Source of the DNA: Podarcis bocagei
Lineage: Eukaryota
Assembly (NCBI GenBank): GCA_964188305.1
Contig: OZ076885.1
Length of the DNA stretch: 64,000 nt
Strand: one strand, 5' to 3'
Part shown: positions 55,501-63,006 of the stretch, in pieces
Numbering within the stretch: position 1 is the stretch's first letter
Layout of the letters: every line of letters begins with the position of its first letter
Notes under the pieces: model-generated
What the model saw: only the letters and a program-made list of their open reading frames with translations
Database searches by the model: none
Told to the model about the DNA's origin: nothing
Position numbers and translations under genes: made by a program

Positions 55501-58090
55501 AAAACCTGGGCAGGAATTTTGTAATCTCATTACAATGAGAAATAAGTAAGTGCTTACAACGTGACAGCATAGAAGGAAAGTAAATAGTTTAGATTTCAGT
55601 TATCTCTTTGCTCTAGATGGAAATCCTTCAAAGGTCACAAGGAAGTGTGAGGCATATCCCTTTATTTCTACCTTTCTTTAGGGGTGAGCAAATATCTGCA
55701 GATATATACTAGATCTGGAAATAATAGACCTACTTAAAAAAATATATATTAACCATTCTGTACAAATTAATGAGAAAATAAATTACATGCACTTTCTTTA
55801 CTTCTGAGGTGGCCAAGGAGTGTTTGGGAACATCCTTTCATTCTTCCTATCATCTCTATGGTGGTCTGCATTCTGCAGCCTCCCTAGGTGCCTGCACTTG
55901 CACAAAGTGGAACATCCTTGGCTGGGCTTTATTTAAGGTTATTTACAGTGCAGTCCTATACAGATAGAAGTAAGTCCCATTGAGTTCTACAGTCCCTGCT
56001 CCCCAGTACATGAGTAAAGAACTGCAGCGTCCATGTGTTATATGTCCACCAGCTTAACTTGCTTTAATAACCTCTCTGCTTCTTTCTCTTTGTTTAGTAC
56101 TTTGATAAGATAGATAAAAATAAAGATAAAACTAAACAAAATGAGCAAGTAATAAAGCCAAGATAAAAGCAACAAGAAGAGTAAAAATAGCACTGCAACA
56201 AGTAAAACAGCGCAGATAAAATCTGAAATTTAAAAGCAGCAGCAAACGCCCTCGCCTCCTGCAATATGCCACAATAAAATACCTGAGTAAATAAAACCAT
56301 TTTTACTTGGCACCAAAAACCCATAAGAGGGGTGCCAGGAGTACAGTCCCAGGGAGGGCCCTGCATAGAAAGAGAATGCATTGCTTTTTTTTCAAATTTG
56401 CCAAGATGTTTGTTCTGTTACTTACCTGTTGAATCATCTACCCATCTATTCATCTGTTTCTTGACCTTATCCATTTTGCCTTTCTTATGAGTATATCTGA
56501 TAGATACAAGGAAATAACTGAGACAGTTTATGGGTAGACTTACATGTTATAACTGGTGTTGTTGTCAATGGTGGGATGATGGTAACCTTTCCCGATTCAC
56601 CTTCTGCACTAGAAGCTACAAACAAAGGGAACAGAAAAACCATAATTTGTATGTATGTTCATTTGTGTGCATTCTTTAAACAGTTAAAGCCATAATCTCA
56701 GCTTTCAGGGCCTGGTAAATGCTATGATTGTGCTTTTGCACCAGTGTGCAGAAAGCCCATGGTGGAAGATAGCAATCCAAAAGTTGGCAATTGAAAAGCA
56801 GTGTGTGAAACTCTTATAAGAGCACATTCACCACGAAGTGTAGAATATGCATGACTGAGATTGGTGGATACTCTAACTATACCAGCTGCTGACAGTGGTT
56901 CTCAATTTCAGTGAAATTATAAATATGTATTTTCCTTTAAGTTTGTATATCAAACTAACAGATATCGTGAATGGGCACAATCCAGCCAAAGTTAATCAAT
57001 CTTTCAAATCTTTATCATCCAAAATATTGATGGGCTCTGACACATCTTGGCTCTGGAGGATGTTACTGCAACAGGTATTATTAGATACATTGCCATCCAC
57101 TGCTCTAAAACTTCCAAGAGTCCAGGAGAGGACACAATTAATGGTTTGGGTTTGGCCAATGAGGAATGGCTGATCTGGCCGATTGCTGTTGCTGGGCCTG
57201 CCTTCAGTGTCTTCAGATGGAAGGTTTGGGGCACAATCTAATCAAAGATAGTTTGCTATACATCTCACAGATATCTGTGGGGGTTTAATTGATGGTATAA
57301 AATTAGACAAACATAGATAAAAACCCAAAGAAAGAGTCCCTCATTGAAGGTAAATGGAAAATTGTACTGTGATAAGAGGCTTTGGCTATAATAAAAAGGA
57401 GTGAACCTGGCACAAGACCTCTAAATACCCAGCACTCAAGTCCTATTGATAGCAAGCGCTATTGATTTTAATGGAATCTGCTTCCAAAATAATGCTCTTG
57501 GATCATGATTATGATGATGGTAGTGATGATGATCTAAAATGTTAATCCCTGCCTAGAAATCTCACACCTGCCCTGAAAAAGCCTTACCCCTCATTTATGT
57601 CAGCTGGGTTGGTTGAGATTCAACACCATTTGTCATTTCTTCTTTGTTTCTATTTCACATTTTCCAGTGCTGAACTTTGGCACTGAATACAGGTTTCGGC
57701 TTAAATCCTAGTAAGGAACTGTACCAATCAACCGCATCCCAGGATGCAATTCACATGGTATCAGTAATGCTTCCTGATTCAAATGAGACTCTAGTACCCT
57801 TTAACAATCAATGAGACCGATAACATTTGGTACTATTTGGACCTGACATCTTTCCGCAGGGCCTGCAAGACAGAGTTGTTCCACCAGGCCTTTGGTCAGG
57901 GTGCAGCCTGACTCCCTCCTCTGGCAACCTGCACAGAATTTTGCTTAACGGTTGCCATCAATTTGATTTTAATTAATTTTTATAATGAAATGTTTTTAGA
58001 ATGTTGGATTATTTGATTGTTTGATTATTTGATTGTTCTTAGCCGCCCTGAGCCCGGCTTCGGCTGGGGAGGGCGGGATATAAATAAATT

Positions 58091-58136
<46 letters not shown>

Positions 58137-59160
58137 TACTACTACTACTACTAAGCAAGAGTTTTAATTCTTCTCCCCGGCTGCCCTGTATAGAGGGAAT
58201 TTTTGTTCCTTTTCTGTCCTGCCTCTTAGCCAATGTAGTTCAGGAAACAGAATGAGGGACCTGATTAAAAGATAAGCTCAGGCCTGAAGACTTGTGGGTC
58301 TTCAGTAAGCAACTCCCAGACTTGTTTGCAAATTAGGGATCACCTCAGTGCTTTTTTTCTGGGGTGGTAACATTTGGATTTTGCATTTGGGAGCTACTTC
58401 ATTGAAAAATAACACATACACACACTAGAATTTACACATCAGATACATTCATATGAACAAGGCTATGGAGGGATAATGCAAAGTGATGCCCCCCCCCCCT
58501 TGTCTATCTTCTTTGGAGTTTAGCTGCTGTACATACTTCCGTATTTACTAGAGTCTAATGCACCATCGAATCTAATGCAAATTCAATTTTCAGAACCTTG
58601 AAACCCAAAAAAGTATTTGCTGTCGAATGTAAATGTGCCATCAAATCTAATGCACAACCTTCATTTTCACAACATAATTTGGCCCAAAAAGGTGAGCAAT
58701 AGATTCAAGTGAATACAGTAATATGCAACTTTAAAATGTTAGTATGTTAGTATTCTGACAGACTTCTAACCAGGAAACATGCATTTCATACTTTATAACT
58801 TTTCAAGGAGAGGCCGAAATCGTACTTTTCTATTTGATCCCCATTCAATCCACATTAAGATGTCACTAAATGTTTTCGCTTCAGGAAGTACAATATTAAA
58901 ATACCCCAGTTTATTCGGAATTGTTAAACATTTAACTGAAACAGTATTAAAAGGGTGAAAAACTCTTTGAAATTCAAACATTTGCATGACTCACAAAATA
59001 GAATGAGGTATAATTTGAGTGAATTGAGATATTCAATTACATTGGCACTTTTTTCTTGTAAAAGAAGCAAAGGAAATGAGTTTTTACCTTTCTGTTGGAT
59101 GCTGCAGATCATGAATGCTAGGGCCCATAATGGCACCCTCATCCCTCTACCAAACCCCAT
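427..59160 (-). CDS. MUC5B: Gel-forming mucin gene, MUC5B-like (45 coding exons in window; 3' end with CK domain outside window)
   Basis: Phase-consistent exon chain giving SP-VWD1-C8-TIL-VWD2-C8-TIL-D'-VWD3-C8-TIL-central CysD/PTS exon-VWD4-C8-VWC. Segments [60 protein letters not shown] and the lack of GDPH resemble recalled human MUC5B more than MUC5AC or MUC2. Paralogue assignment not tested by a tree. Confidence 0.8.
728..850 (-). CDS. MUC5B: Mucin exon 44 (VWC)
   Basis: [41 protein letters not shown]. Confidence 0.92.
1259..1715. mobile_element. Degenerate non-autonomous DNA transposon interrupted by the SINE
   Basis: Ends TAGGGTTGCCA ... TGGCAAACCTA form an imperfect inverted repeat. 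Confidence 0.45.
1339..1585 (-). mobile_element. tRNA-derived CORE-type SINE (Squam3-like)
   Basis: Minus strand GAGCCAGTGTGGTGTAGTGGTTAAGAGC (A box), GGTTCG (B box), GGGTGACCTTGGGCCAGTCAC core, (CTT)n tail. Confidence 0.8.
3484..3527 (-). CDS. MUC5B: Mucin exon 43 (44 nt)
   Basis: [15 protein letters not shown]; ttttcag/GTAAGA. Confidence 0.9.
3951..3993. repeat. (CA)n microsatellite
   Basis: Direct reading. Confidence 0.95.
4513..4617 (-). CDS. MUC5B: Mucin exon 42
   Basis: [35 protein letters not shown]. Confidence 0.92.
5726..5903 (-). CDS. MUC5B: Mucin exon 41 (VWC)
   Basis: [28 protein letters not shown]...DLCCPELQC. Confidence 0.93.
6786..6818. repeat. (CA)n microsatellite
   Basis: Direct reading. 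Confidence 0.95.
7119..7150 (-). CDS. MUC5B: Mucin exon 40 (32 nt)
   Basis: [11 protein letters not shown]; ttttcag/GTGAGT. Confidence 0.9.
8104..8204 (-). CDS. MUC5B: Mucin exon 39
   Basis: [33 protein letters not shown]. Confidence 0.92.
8363..8714. mobile_element. Tc1/mariner-pogo-type MITE, family A
   Basis: TIRs CAGTGGTGCC(C/T)CGCAAGACGAA, TA on both sides. Confidence 0.85.
9087..9315. mobile_element. Tc1/mariner-pogo-type MITE, family B
   Basis: TIRs CAGTGGTACCTCGGGTTA, TA flanks; homologous to 29382 and 39533 copies. Confidence 0.88.
10153..10222 (-). CDS. MUC5B: Mucin exon 38
   Basis: [23 protein letters not shown]. Confidence 0.91.
10979..11157 (-). CDS. MUC5B: Mucin exon 37 (C8-4)
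   Basis: [59 protein letters not shown]. Confidence 0.92.
11476..11576 (+). mobile_element. L2-type LINE 3' end with (TTA)n tail
   Basis: AGCCACCCTGAGCCTGGCTCCGGCTGGGGAGGGCGGGGTATAAATAAA+(TTA)n, same family as the 58040 copy. Confidence 0.7.
11916..12147 (-). CDS. MUC5B: Mucin exon 36
   Basis: [30 protein letters not shown]...[10 protein letters not shown]. Confidence 0.93.
12333..12467. mobile_element. hAT-type palindromic MITE
   Basis: TIR CAGGCTTCCTCAACCTC, 8-bp TSD GTCAAACC; degraded relatives near 14850, 40670, 42680, 46260, 49860, 54930. Confidence 0.88.
12756..12939 (-). CDS. MUC5B: Mucin exon 35 (VWD4)
   Basis: [23 protein letters not shown]...[14 protein letters not shown]. Confidence 0.93.
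13476..13723 (-). CDS. MUC5B: Mucin exon 34 (VWD4 start)
   Basis: [32 protein letters not shown]...GVRINK. Confidence 0.93.
14289..14457 (-). CDS. MUC5B: Mucin exon 33
   Basis: [25 protein letters not shown]...[12 protein letters not shown]. Confidence 0.92.
14586..14782 (+). mobile_element. Old tRNA-derived SINE (Squam2-like)
   Basis: tRNA head (TGGTAGAGCA...TGCATGCAAAAGGTCCC), CAGCTTGCTATGTT tail; relatives at 46374, 61236 and reversed near 12490. Confidence 0.65.
15317..15582 (-). CDS. MUC5B: Mucin exon 32
   Basis: [37 protein letters not shown]...[10 protein letters not shown]. Confidence 0.93.
16383..16496 (-). CDS. MUC5B: Mucin exon 31
   Basis: [38 protein letters not shown]; CAGCAG acceptor, GTGAGT donor. 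Confidence 0.9.
17187..26153 (-). CDS. MUC5B: Mucin central exon 30 (8967 nt): 11 CysD domains alternating with PTS O-glycosylation segments
   Basis: Matches 3006-aa ORF; acceptor cttacag at 26154, donor AG|GTAATT at 17186; phase1-1; 10-Cys CysD with WxxW motif; Thr/Ser/Pro-rich linkers. Confidence 0.96.
18045..25745 (-). repeat. Coding tandem super-repeat (885-bp units plus two 738-bp units)
   Basis: Near-identical CysD copies spaced 885,738,738,885,885,885,885,885 bp; internal 147-bp sub-repeat. Confidence 0.95.
26947..27135 (-). CDS. MUC5B: Mucin exon 29
   Basis: [53 protein letters not shown]... Confidence 0.92.
27224..27267 (-). CDS. MUC5B: Mucin exon 28
   Basis: [14 protein letters not shown], 44 nt, AG/GT. 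Confidence 0.88.
27661..27802. mobile_element. Short degenerate TA-flanked MITE
   Basis: CAGTAGTACCACCGGTT ... AACTGGAGGTGCTACTG with TA flanks. Confidence 0.65.
27847..27991 (-). CDS. MUC5B: Mucin exon 27
   Basis: [48 protein letters not shown]. Confidence 0.92.
28406..28534 (-). CDS. MUC5B: Mucin exon 26 (TIL-3)
   Basis: [43 protein letters not shown]. Confidence 0.94.
28802..28839. repeat. (CA)n microsatellite
   Basis: Direct reading. Confidence 0.95.
28974..29130 (-). CDS. MUC5B: Mucin exon 25 (C8-3)
   Basis: [52 protein letters not shown]. Confidence 0.94.
29382..29607. mobile_element. Tc1/mariner-pogo-type MITE, family B
   Basis: Perfect TIRs, TA flanks. Confidence 0.88.
30178..30636 (+). 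mobile_element. 5'-truncated L1-type LINE (ORF2 end plus 3'UTR)
   Basis: 21-bp TSD AAAAGAAGGCAATAAATTGGG; ORF end [24 protein letters not shown]; T-rich 3'UTR, AATAAA, A tail. Confidence 0.8.
31089..31328 (-). CDS. MUC5B: Mucin exon 24 (VWD3 CGLCG, C8-3)
   Basis: [37 protein letters not shown]...AFAACHSQ. Confidence 0.94.
32295..32474 (-). CDS. MUC5B: Mucin exon 23 (VWD3)
   Basis: [60 protein letters not shown]. Confidence 0.93.
32570..33250 (-). mobile_element. L2/CR1-group LINE fragment (ORF2 endonuclease N-terminus, decayed)
   Basis: [32 protein letters not shown] followed by [20 protein letters not shown] motifs. Confidence 0.75.
33449..33562 (-). CDS. MUC5B: Mucin exon 22 (VWD3)
   Basis: [38 protein letters not shown]. 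Confidence 0.93.
33662..33800 (-). CDS. MUC5B: Mucin exon 21 (VWD3 start)
   Basis: [46 protein letters not shown]. Confidence 0.93.
34320..34640 (+). mobile_element. Decayed L2-type 3' end
   Basis: L2-like terminal sequence (GCTTGTTCAGTGGTCACAGCCC...AAGTCACCCTG). Confidence 0.45.
34917..35068 (-). CDS. MUC5B: Mucin exon 20 (D')
   Basis: [50 protein letters not shown]. Confidence 0.93.
36017..36117 (-). CDS. MUC5B: Mucin exon 19 (D')
   Basis: [34 protein letters not shown]. Confidence 0.93.
36457..36509 (-). CDS. MUC5B: Mucin exon 18
   Basis: [17 protein letters not shown], 53 nt, AG/GT. Confidence 0.9.
36678..36971 (+). mobile_element. Sauria SINE, 5'-truncated
   Basis: Shared body, (ACCTTT)n tail, TSD TTTAGAATCT. 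Confidence 0.88.
37276..37531 (-). CDS. MUC5B: Mucin exon 17 (TIL-2)
   Basis: [45 protein letters not shown]... Confidence 0.93.
37556..37594. repeat. (ATTG)n microsatellite
   Basis: Direct reading; about 25 nt from the exon 17 acceptor. Confidence 0.9.
37715..38140 (-). mobile_element. L2 LINE fragment (ORF2 C-terminal part)
   Basis: [28 protein letters not shown] resembles the L2 HALVTSRLDYCNALY motif. Confidence 0.7.
38321..38447 (-). CDS. MUC5B: Mucin exon 16 (C8-2)
   Basis: [42 protein letters not shown]. Confidence 0.93.
38991..39343 (+). mobile_element. Sauria SINE, full length
   Basis: tRNA-like head, (ACCTTT)n tail, 15-bp TSD CTATCACAGAATACT. Confidence 0.92.
39533..39758. mobile_element. 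Tc1/mariner-pogo-type MITE, family B
   Basis: TIRs, TA flanks. Confidence 0.88.
40863..40957 (-). CDS. MUC5B: Mucin exon 15 (C8-2)
   Basis: [32 protein letters not shown]. Confidence 0.92.
41513..41677 (-). CDS. MUC5B: Mucin exon 14 (VWD2, GLCG)
   Basis: [55 protein letters not shown]. Confidence 0.93.
41776..41913 (-). CDS. MUC5B: Mucin exon 13 (VWD2)
   Basis: [46 protein letters not shown]. Confidence 0.93.
42975..43044 (-). CDS. MUC5B: Mucin exon 12 (VWD2)
   Basis: [23 protein letters not shown]. Confidence 0.9.
43227..43585. other. Assembly gap (359 N) in intron 11
   Basis: Run of N. Confidence 0.99.
44858..44968 (-). CDS. MUC5B: Mucin exon 11 (VWD2)
   Basis: [37 protein letters not shown]. 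Confidence 0.92.
45715..45853 (-). CDS. MUC5B: Mucin exon 10 (VWD2 start; GC donor)
   Basis: [46 protein letters not shown]; donor AAG|GCAAGT. Confidence 0.88.
46374..46570 (+). mobile_element. Old tRNA-derived SINE (Squam2-like)
   Basis: AGCTCAGTGG head, GCCAGTCAGT body, GGCAGTTTCCTA tail. Confidence 0.6.
46710..47073 (+). mobile_element. Sauria SINE, full length
   Basis: TSD TATGTAGCAGAATGG on both sides. Confidence 0.92.
47160..47472. mobile_element. hAT-type MITE
   Basis: TIR CAGGGGT(T/C)GGCAA, perfect 8-bp TSD CACTAGGC. Confidence 0.88.
47653..47770 (-). CDS. MUC5B: Mucin exon 9
   Basis: [39 protein letters not shown]. Confidence 0.92.
48023..48148 (-). CDS. MUC5B: Mucin exon 8 (TIL-1)
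   Basis: [42 protein letters not shown]. Confidence 0.93.
49574..49787 (-). CDS. MUC5B: Mucin exon 7 (C8-1)
   Basis: [15 protein letters not shown]...[29 protein letters not shown]. Confidence 0.93.
50215..50324 (-). CDS. MUC5B: Mucin exon 6
   Basis: [27 protein letters not shown]... Confidence 0.92.
51106..51521. mobile_element. Tc1/mariner-pogo-type MITE, family A relative
   Basis: Same TIRs as 8363-8714, TA duplication, different interior. Confidence 0.85.
52174..52264 (-). CDS. MUC5B: Mucin exon 5 (VWD1, CGLCG)
   Basis: [30 protein letters not shown]. Confidence 0.93.
52780..53145 (+). mobile_element. Sauria SINE, full length
   Basis: Homologous to other copies, GGTTCGAATCCC B box, ACCTTT tail. 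Confidence 0.9.
53810..53924 (-). CDS. MUC5B: Mucin exon 4 (VWD1)
   Basis: [14 protein letters not shown]...[14 protein letters not shown]; AG/GT. Confidence 0.9.
54435..54696 (-). CDS. MUC5B: Mucin exon 3 (VWD1 start)
   Basis: [38 protein letters not shown]; AG/GT ends. Confidence 0.93.
56544..56615 (-). CDS. MUC5B: Mucin exon 2
   Basis: 72 nt phase1-1, [24 protein letters not shown]; tttgtag acceptor, GTAAGT donor. Confidence 0.8.
57850..58153 (+). mobile_element. L2-type LINE 3' end with (TTA)n(CTA)n tail
   Basis: GCCTGCAAGACAGAGTTGTTCCACCAGGCCTTT...AGCCGCCCTGAGCCCGGCTTCGGCTGGGGAGGGCGGG plus microsatellite tail. Confidence 0.75.
59088..59160 (-). CDS. MUC5B: Mucin exon 1 (signal peptide)
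   Basis: [27 protein letters not shown], donor AG|GTAAAA, TATA box upstream. Confidence 0.85.
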
Positions 59161-59235
59161 ACTGGATGGAGTTCGGTGTTAAGGTACTCAGCCCGCTTCT
59201 GGCCAGAAGGACTAGTTCACTTGCACTCTCAGAGG

Positions 59236-59243
59236 CTTATATA
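59236..59243 (-). promoter_or_regulatory. TATA box of the mucin gene
   Basis: TATATAAG on minus strand about 80 bp upstream of the ATG, implying a 5'UTR of about 50 nt. Confidence 0.75.
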
Positions 59244-59689
59244 GCAGGAGGTTCTGTCTATTTTCCCAGCTTGTTTGACATGGTCTAACAAGGTGGGGCT
59301 GTGAGGATCTTAGCAGATACAGGGGTAAATAGAGGATGCGCTTTCAGTTCCTTGATGACTGGCTGAGCATGTTTGCCTTTTGGGAGGTATATTTTTTTTT
59401 GTCAAGGTTCCATCTAATAAAGGAAATTAGAAATGAATAGCAAAAAGGTAATATTTCTTCCCCAGCAAATGCCATTGAAGATCCTGGAAAAAAAATCAAG
59501 GAGCTTTTGAGTCAATCTGTGGTTTTCTGAGTGACAGGCAGGTCACTGTTTAATATTCTGGTTACTGTGTTAAGTGATGCCCATCTAGTGTGGCAAACGC
59601 CTCTTTTCCTTGTTAGTGCTGAGAAGGAGTGAAAGCTTTTTGAGGTATGAAAAACTATGATAATTTGAGACCTTCTATTCTGAACATTC

Positions 59690-59765
59690 TGAAGGACAGA
59701 TCATGAAGCTGAGGCTCCAGTACTTGGGCCACCTCATGAGAAGAGAAGACTCCCTGGAAAAGACC
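59690..59765 (+). mobile_element. BovB/RTE LINE fragment
   Basis: KLRLQYLGHLMRREDSLEKT, characteristic RTE-BovB ORF C-terminus. Confidence 0.75.
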
Positions 59766-59767
59766 TA

Positions 59768-60812
59768 TGGTTCTGTTCTGGGCCTGGTGTTGTTCAATAT
59801 CCTTGCAAATGACTTGGATGAAGGAACTGAGGTAGCTAATACCTCAAGACATAGAATCAGGATTCAATATGATCTTAACAGATTGGAGAACTGGAGCAAA
59901 ACTAACAAAATGTAGGGACAAATGGAAGGTTCTGCACTTAGGCAGGAATAACCAGATGCACAAATATAGGATTGGTGACGCCCAACTTGGCAATAATACA
60001 TGTGAAAAGGATGGTCTTAGTATAGAATCATAGAATCATAGAATCATAGAGTTGGAAGAGACCACAAGGGCCATCGAGTCCAACCCCCTGCCAAGCAGGA
60101 AACACCGTCAGAGCACTCCTGACATATGGTTGTCAAGCCTCTGCTTAAAGACCTCCAAAGTAGGAGACTCCACCACACTCCTTGGCAGCAAATTCCACTG
60201 TCGAACAGCTCTTACTGTCAGGAAGTTCTTCCTAATGTTTAGGTGGAATCTTCTTTCTTGTAGTTTGGATCCATTGCTCCGTGTCCGCTTCTCTGGAGCA
60301 GCAGAAAACAACCTTTCTCCCTCCTCTATGTGACATCCTTTTATATATTTGAACATGGCTATCATATCACCCCTTAACCTCCTCTTCTCCAGGCTAAACA
60401 TGCCCAGCTCCCTTAGCCGTTCCTCATAAGGCATCGTTTCCAGGCCTTTGACCATTTTGGTTGCCCTCCTCTGGACATGTTCCAGTTTGTCAGTGTCCTT
60501 CTTGAATTGTGGTGCCCAGAACTGGACACAGTACTCCAGGTGTGGTCTGACCAGAGCAGAATACAGTGGCACTATTACTTCCCTTAGACCATAAGCGTAG
60601 CATGAGTCAGCAGTGCAATGCAGCAGCAAAAAAGTTGATGCTATTTTATGCTGCATCAACAAAGGTATAGTGTCCAGATCAAGGAAAATAATAGTACTGC
60701 TCTATTCTTCCTTAGTCAGACCCCACCTGCAGTCCTGTGGCCAGTTCTGGGCACCACAGTTTAAGAAGGATACTGACAAGCTGGAACGTGTGCAGAGGAG
60801 AATGACCAAGAT
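59768..60812 (+). mobile_element. Older CR1 LINE fragment split by a younger CR1 (59768-60020 and 60586-60812)
   Basis: GSVLGLVLFNILANDLDEG...IQYDLNRLENW, resuming [30 protein letters not shown]...WAPQFKKD. Confidence 0.8.
60023..60585 (-). mobile_element. Young 5'-truncated CR1 LINE 3' end
   Basis: Open ORF2 C-terminus ([25 protein letters not shown]...[13 protein letters not shown]), (ATTCTATG)n tail. Confidence 0.93.
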
Positions 60813-61235
60813 CAGTGCAGTGTGGCCATTGTGGCTGCAGCATTGAATTGGCTCTGTCATTGTGCATGCTCCCCATGTCTCACCCATCCTCTTCTTCAAA
60901 AAAAATGGTGTCAGGAAATCAGGTGTGTGATACTGTGCTGCCTGTGCTCCCTGCCAATCACTCCTGACACCTCCCAATGTATTATTCTGTGATGCCACCG
61001 ATGCAAGTAGAACGGGATAGCTTACAATCCATACCCTACGAGGATGGCTTGATCATTTTTCAGTGTCAATGTTTTTCTGTTTGATGATGTGAAGTAGGAG
61101 AATGTTCCTGAGAATGTCTGATCAAGGCACAGTTAAATAGTCATTGCCTAATGTTGTTTTCTGACTGGAGGTAAGCAAAGTTTCCTACAAGTAGACCTTT
61201 CAGAAGCAGGACTTGTTTGCTGCACTAAAATGGAG

Positions 61236-61420
61236 AAGGGTCACAGTTTGGTTATAGAGCCCACGTTTTGCATGCAGAAGGTCCCAAGTTCATCCCTGGC
61301 ATCTCCAGTTGGGGGAGGGGGACAGAATCCTGGCTGAAACTCTGGATGACAGCTGCCAATCACTGTAGACAATATTGAGCTAGAATAGGCCAGTGGTCTA
61401 AGGCAGCTTCCTATGTCCTG
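61236..61420 (+). mobile_element. Old tRNA-derived SINE (Squam2-like)
   Basis: TTTGCATGCAGAAGGTCCCAAGTTCATCCCTGGCATCTCCAG...AAGGCAGCTTCCTATGT. Confidence 0.7.
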
Positions 61421-61510
61421 CAATGTATGCTGTATTGTTTTTAACACTCAATTGGAAGCTGCCCAGAGTGGCTGGGGAAACTCAGCCAGATGGGTGGGGT
61501 ATAAATAATA

Positions 61511-61566
<56 letters not shown>

Positions 61567-61567
61567 G
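61421..61567 (+). mobile_element. L2-type 3' end with (TTA)n tail
   Basis: GAAGCTGCCCAGAGTGGCTGGGGAAACTCAGCCAGATGGGTGGGGTATAAAT+(TTA)n. Confidence 0.65.
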
Positions 61568-62800
61568 ATACTTGTCTGCTTTGTGTCCTAGCAGGACTGA
61601 CAGTTCTAAGAAATTATTTTCTTTACTCAATGTGAAAGCAAATATCAGAATGCACTATCATAAGAGATGATGAGGATGAGGGCTTCTACACATCTGCACA
61701 GCAGCTATTTCTCAAATGCTCTCCAAAATTCATAGTCAAGTAGAAAAACCAAATAATACTATCTGAAAATGGAGGTGTTTGAGAATAAAGGCATTTGAGC
61801 AAACAGACCTATTTGCGCAAATACTTTTGGGAGCCTGGTATTATCTATTGACTGTTCTAGAAATTGGTTATTTTCAGCTCAGCTGTGAAATTCATTGTTG
61901 TCTGAGAATCAATTGCTGTCTTTTGAGAGAGTTCTTTCTCTCCCACACACCTTTTAGACACTTTCCCCTTTTTTCTTTGAATATCTTTTCAGAACTCACA
62001 AGCAATATTGCTTTATGGATTAATGAGATCAAAAGGATTGCTGTGCCTTACAAAGAAGCCTCCTTAAGTAAATAAAAATGGTTTCTTGTCATCCTTAAAG
62101 CACCAGCAGCCCCCCCTTCTAACAGCTATTTAACCATGACTACTTCAGATCGTTGCTCCTCTTGTCCTGAACAATGGGCAATGAACTATCCACCTGCCTA
62201 CCTAACTACCTATCTAAATTGCAGGTACGAGGGTTTACCATATATGCCCTAACTACAACAAGCATGGCCAATAGTCAGGGATGCAGGGAATTAAAGTTCA
62301 CCATCTGAAGGGTCATACGTTCCCCATGCCTGCCGTAAAGGCTTTGAACATTTCTAAAGAATAGGAAGACCACTTATGCATTGCCAAAAAAAGAGGACAA
62401 AGAGGTGCTTATTTGCTAACAAACAGGTGAAGAAAAGTTTCTCCTGACATCTGGTACTAAGGTTCAAACTACATGGGAGTCACCAGGGAGATCTATGACA
62501 GCATTGTCTCGTATCATCTCCCCTGCCCCCCAAGCAGTCACAGGGACTTGATTTGGACTGGGCAGTTGTGCAGCGGGGCAGGGGGACTAAATCCTAAAGA
62601 GGCTATGTGGGAAGGGAGTGGAAATTTTAATTTTTTAAAAACTTAATGTTCATCTGATGTGCTGTGAGCCAATTTGGCACCATTTGGGCACCATTTTGTC
62701 AAAAAGTAACATACAAATAGAAAGAGGAAGAGGAGGTGGAAATACCCCCAGTGCAAATGCAGAACAGCATGTGTTTAGGACCCAGTCACAGACATTATGT

Positions 62801-63006
62801 CAGAGCTTTCCAAACTGTGTGTCGCGACACGTTACTGTGTCAGCTGCAGTGTGTAGCTATGTCACACAAATGCTCCCGCGCTTCTCCCAGGCCTGGAAAG
62901 GAGTCATTGTAACCTCCGGTTTGCTAGTAAAACTAAATAATTGTGTCGCAAAATGATGCATGTCTAAAAAAATGTGTCACCAACATGAAAAGTTTTGAAA
63001 GCTCTG
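62801..63006. mobile_element. hAT-type MITE
   Basis: TIR CAGAGCTTTC(C/A)AAACT; 8-bp flanks CATTATGT/CTTTATGC. Confidence 0.75.

Noticed and set aside
56426-56496. Candidate extra exon with strong CAG|GTAAGT donor
   Set aside because: Stop codon in the required phase, and the preceding intron would be under 50 nt
60108-60662. 184-aa ORF as a host gene
   Set aside because: C-terminus of CR1 ORF2 from a truncated LINE
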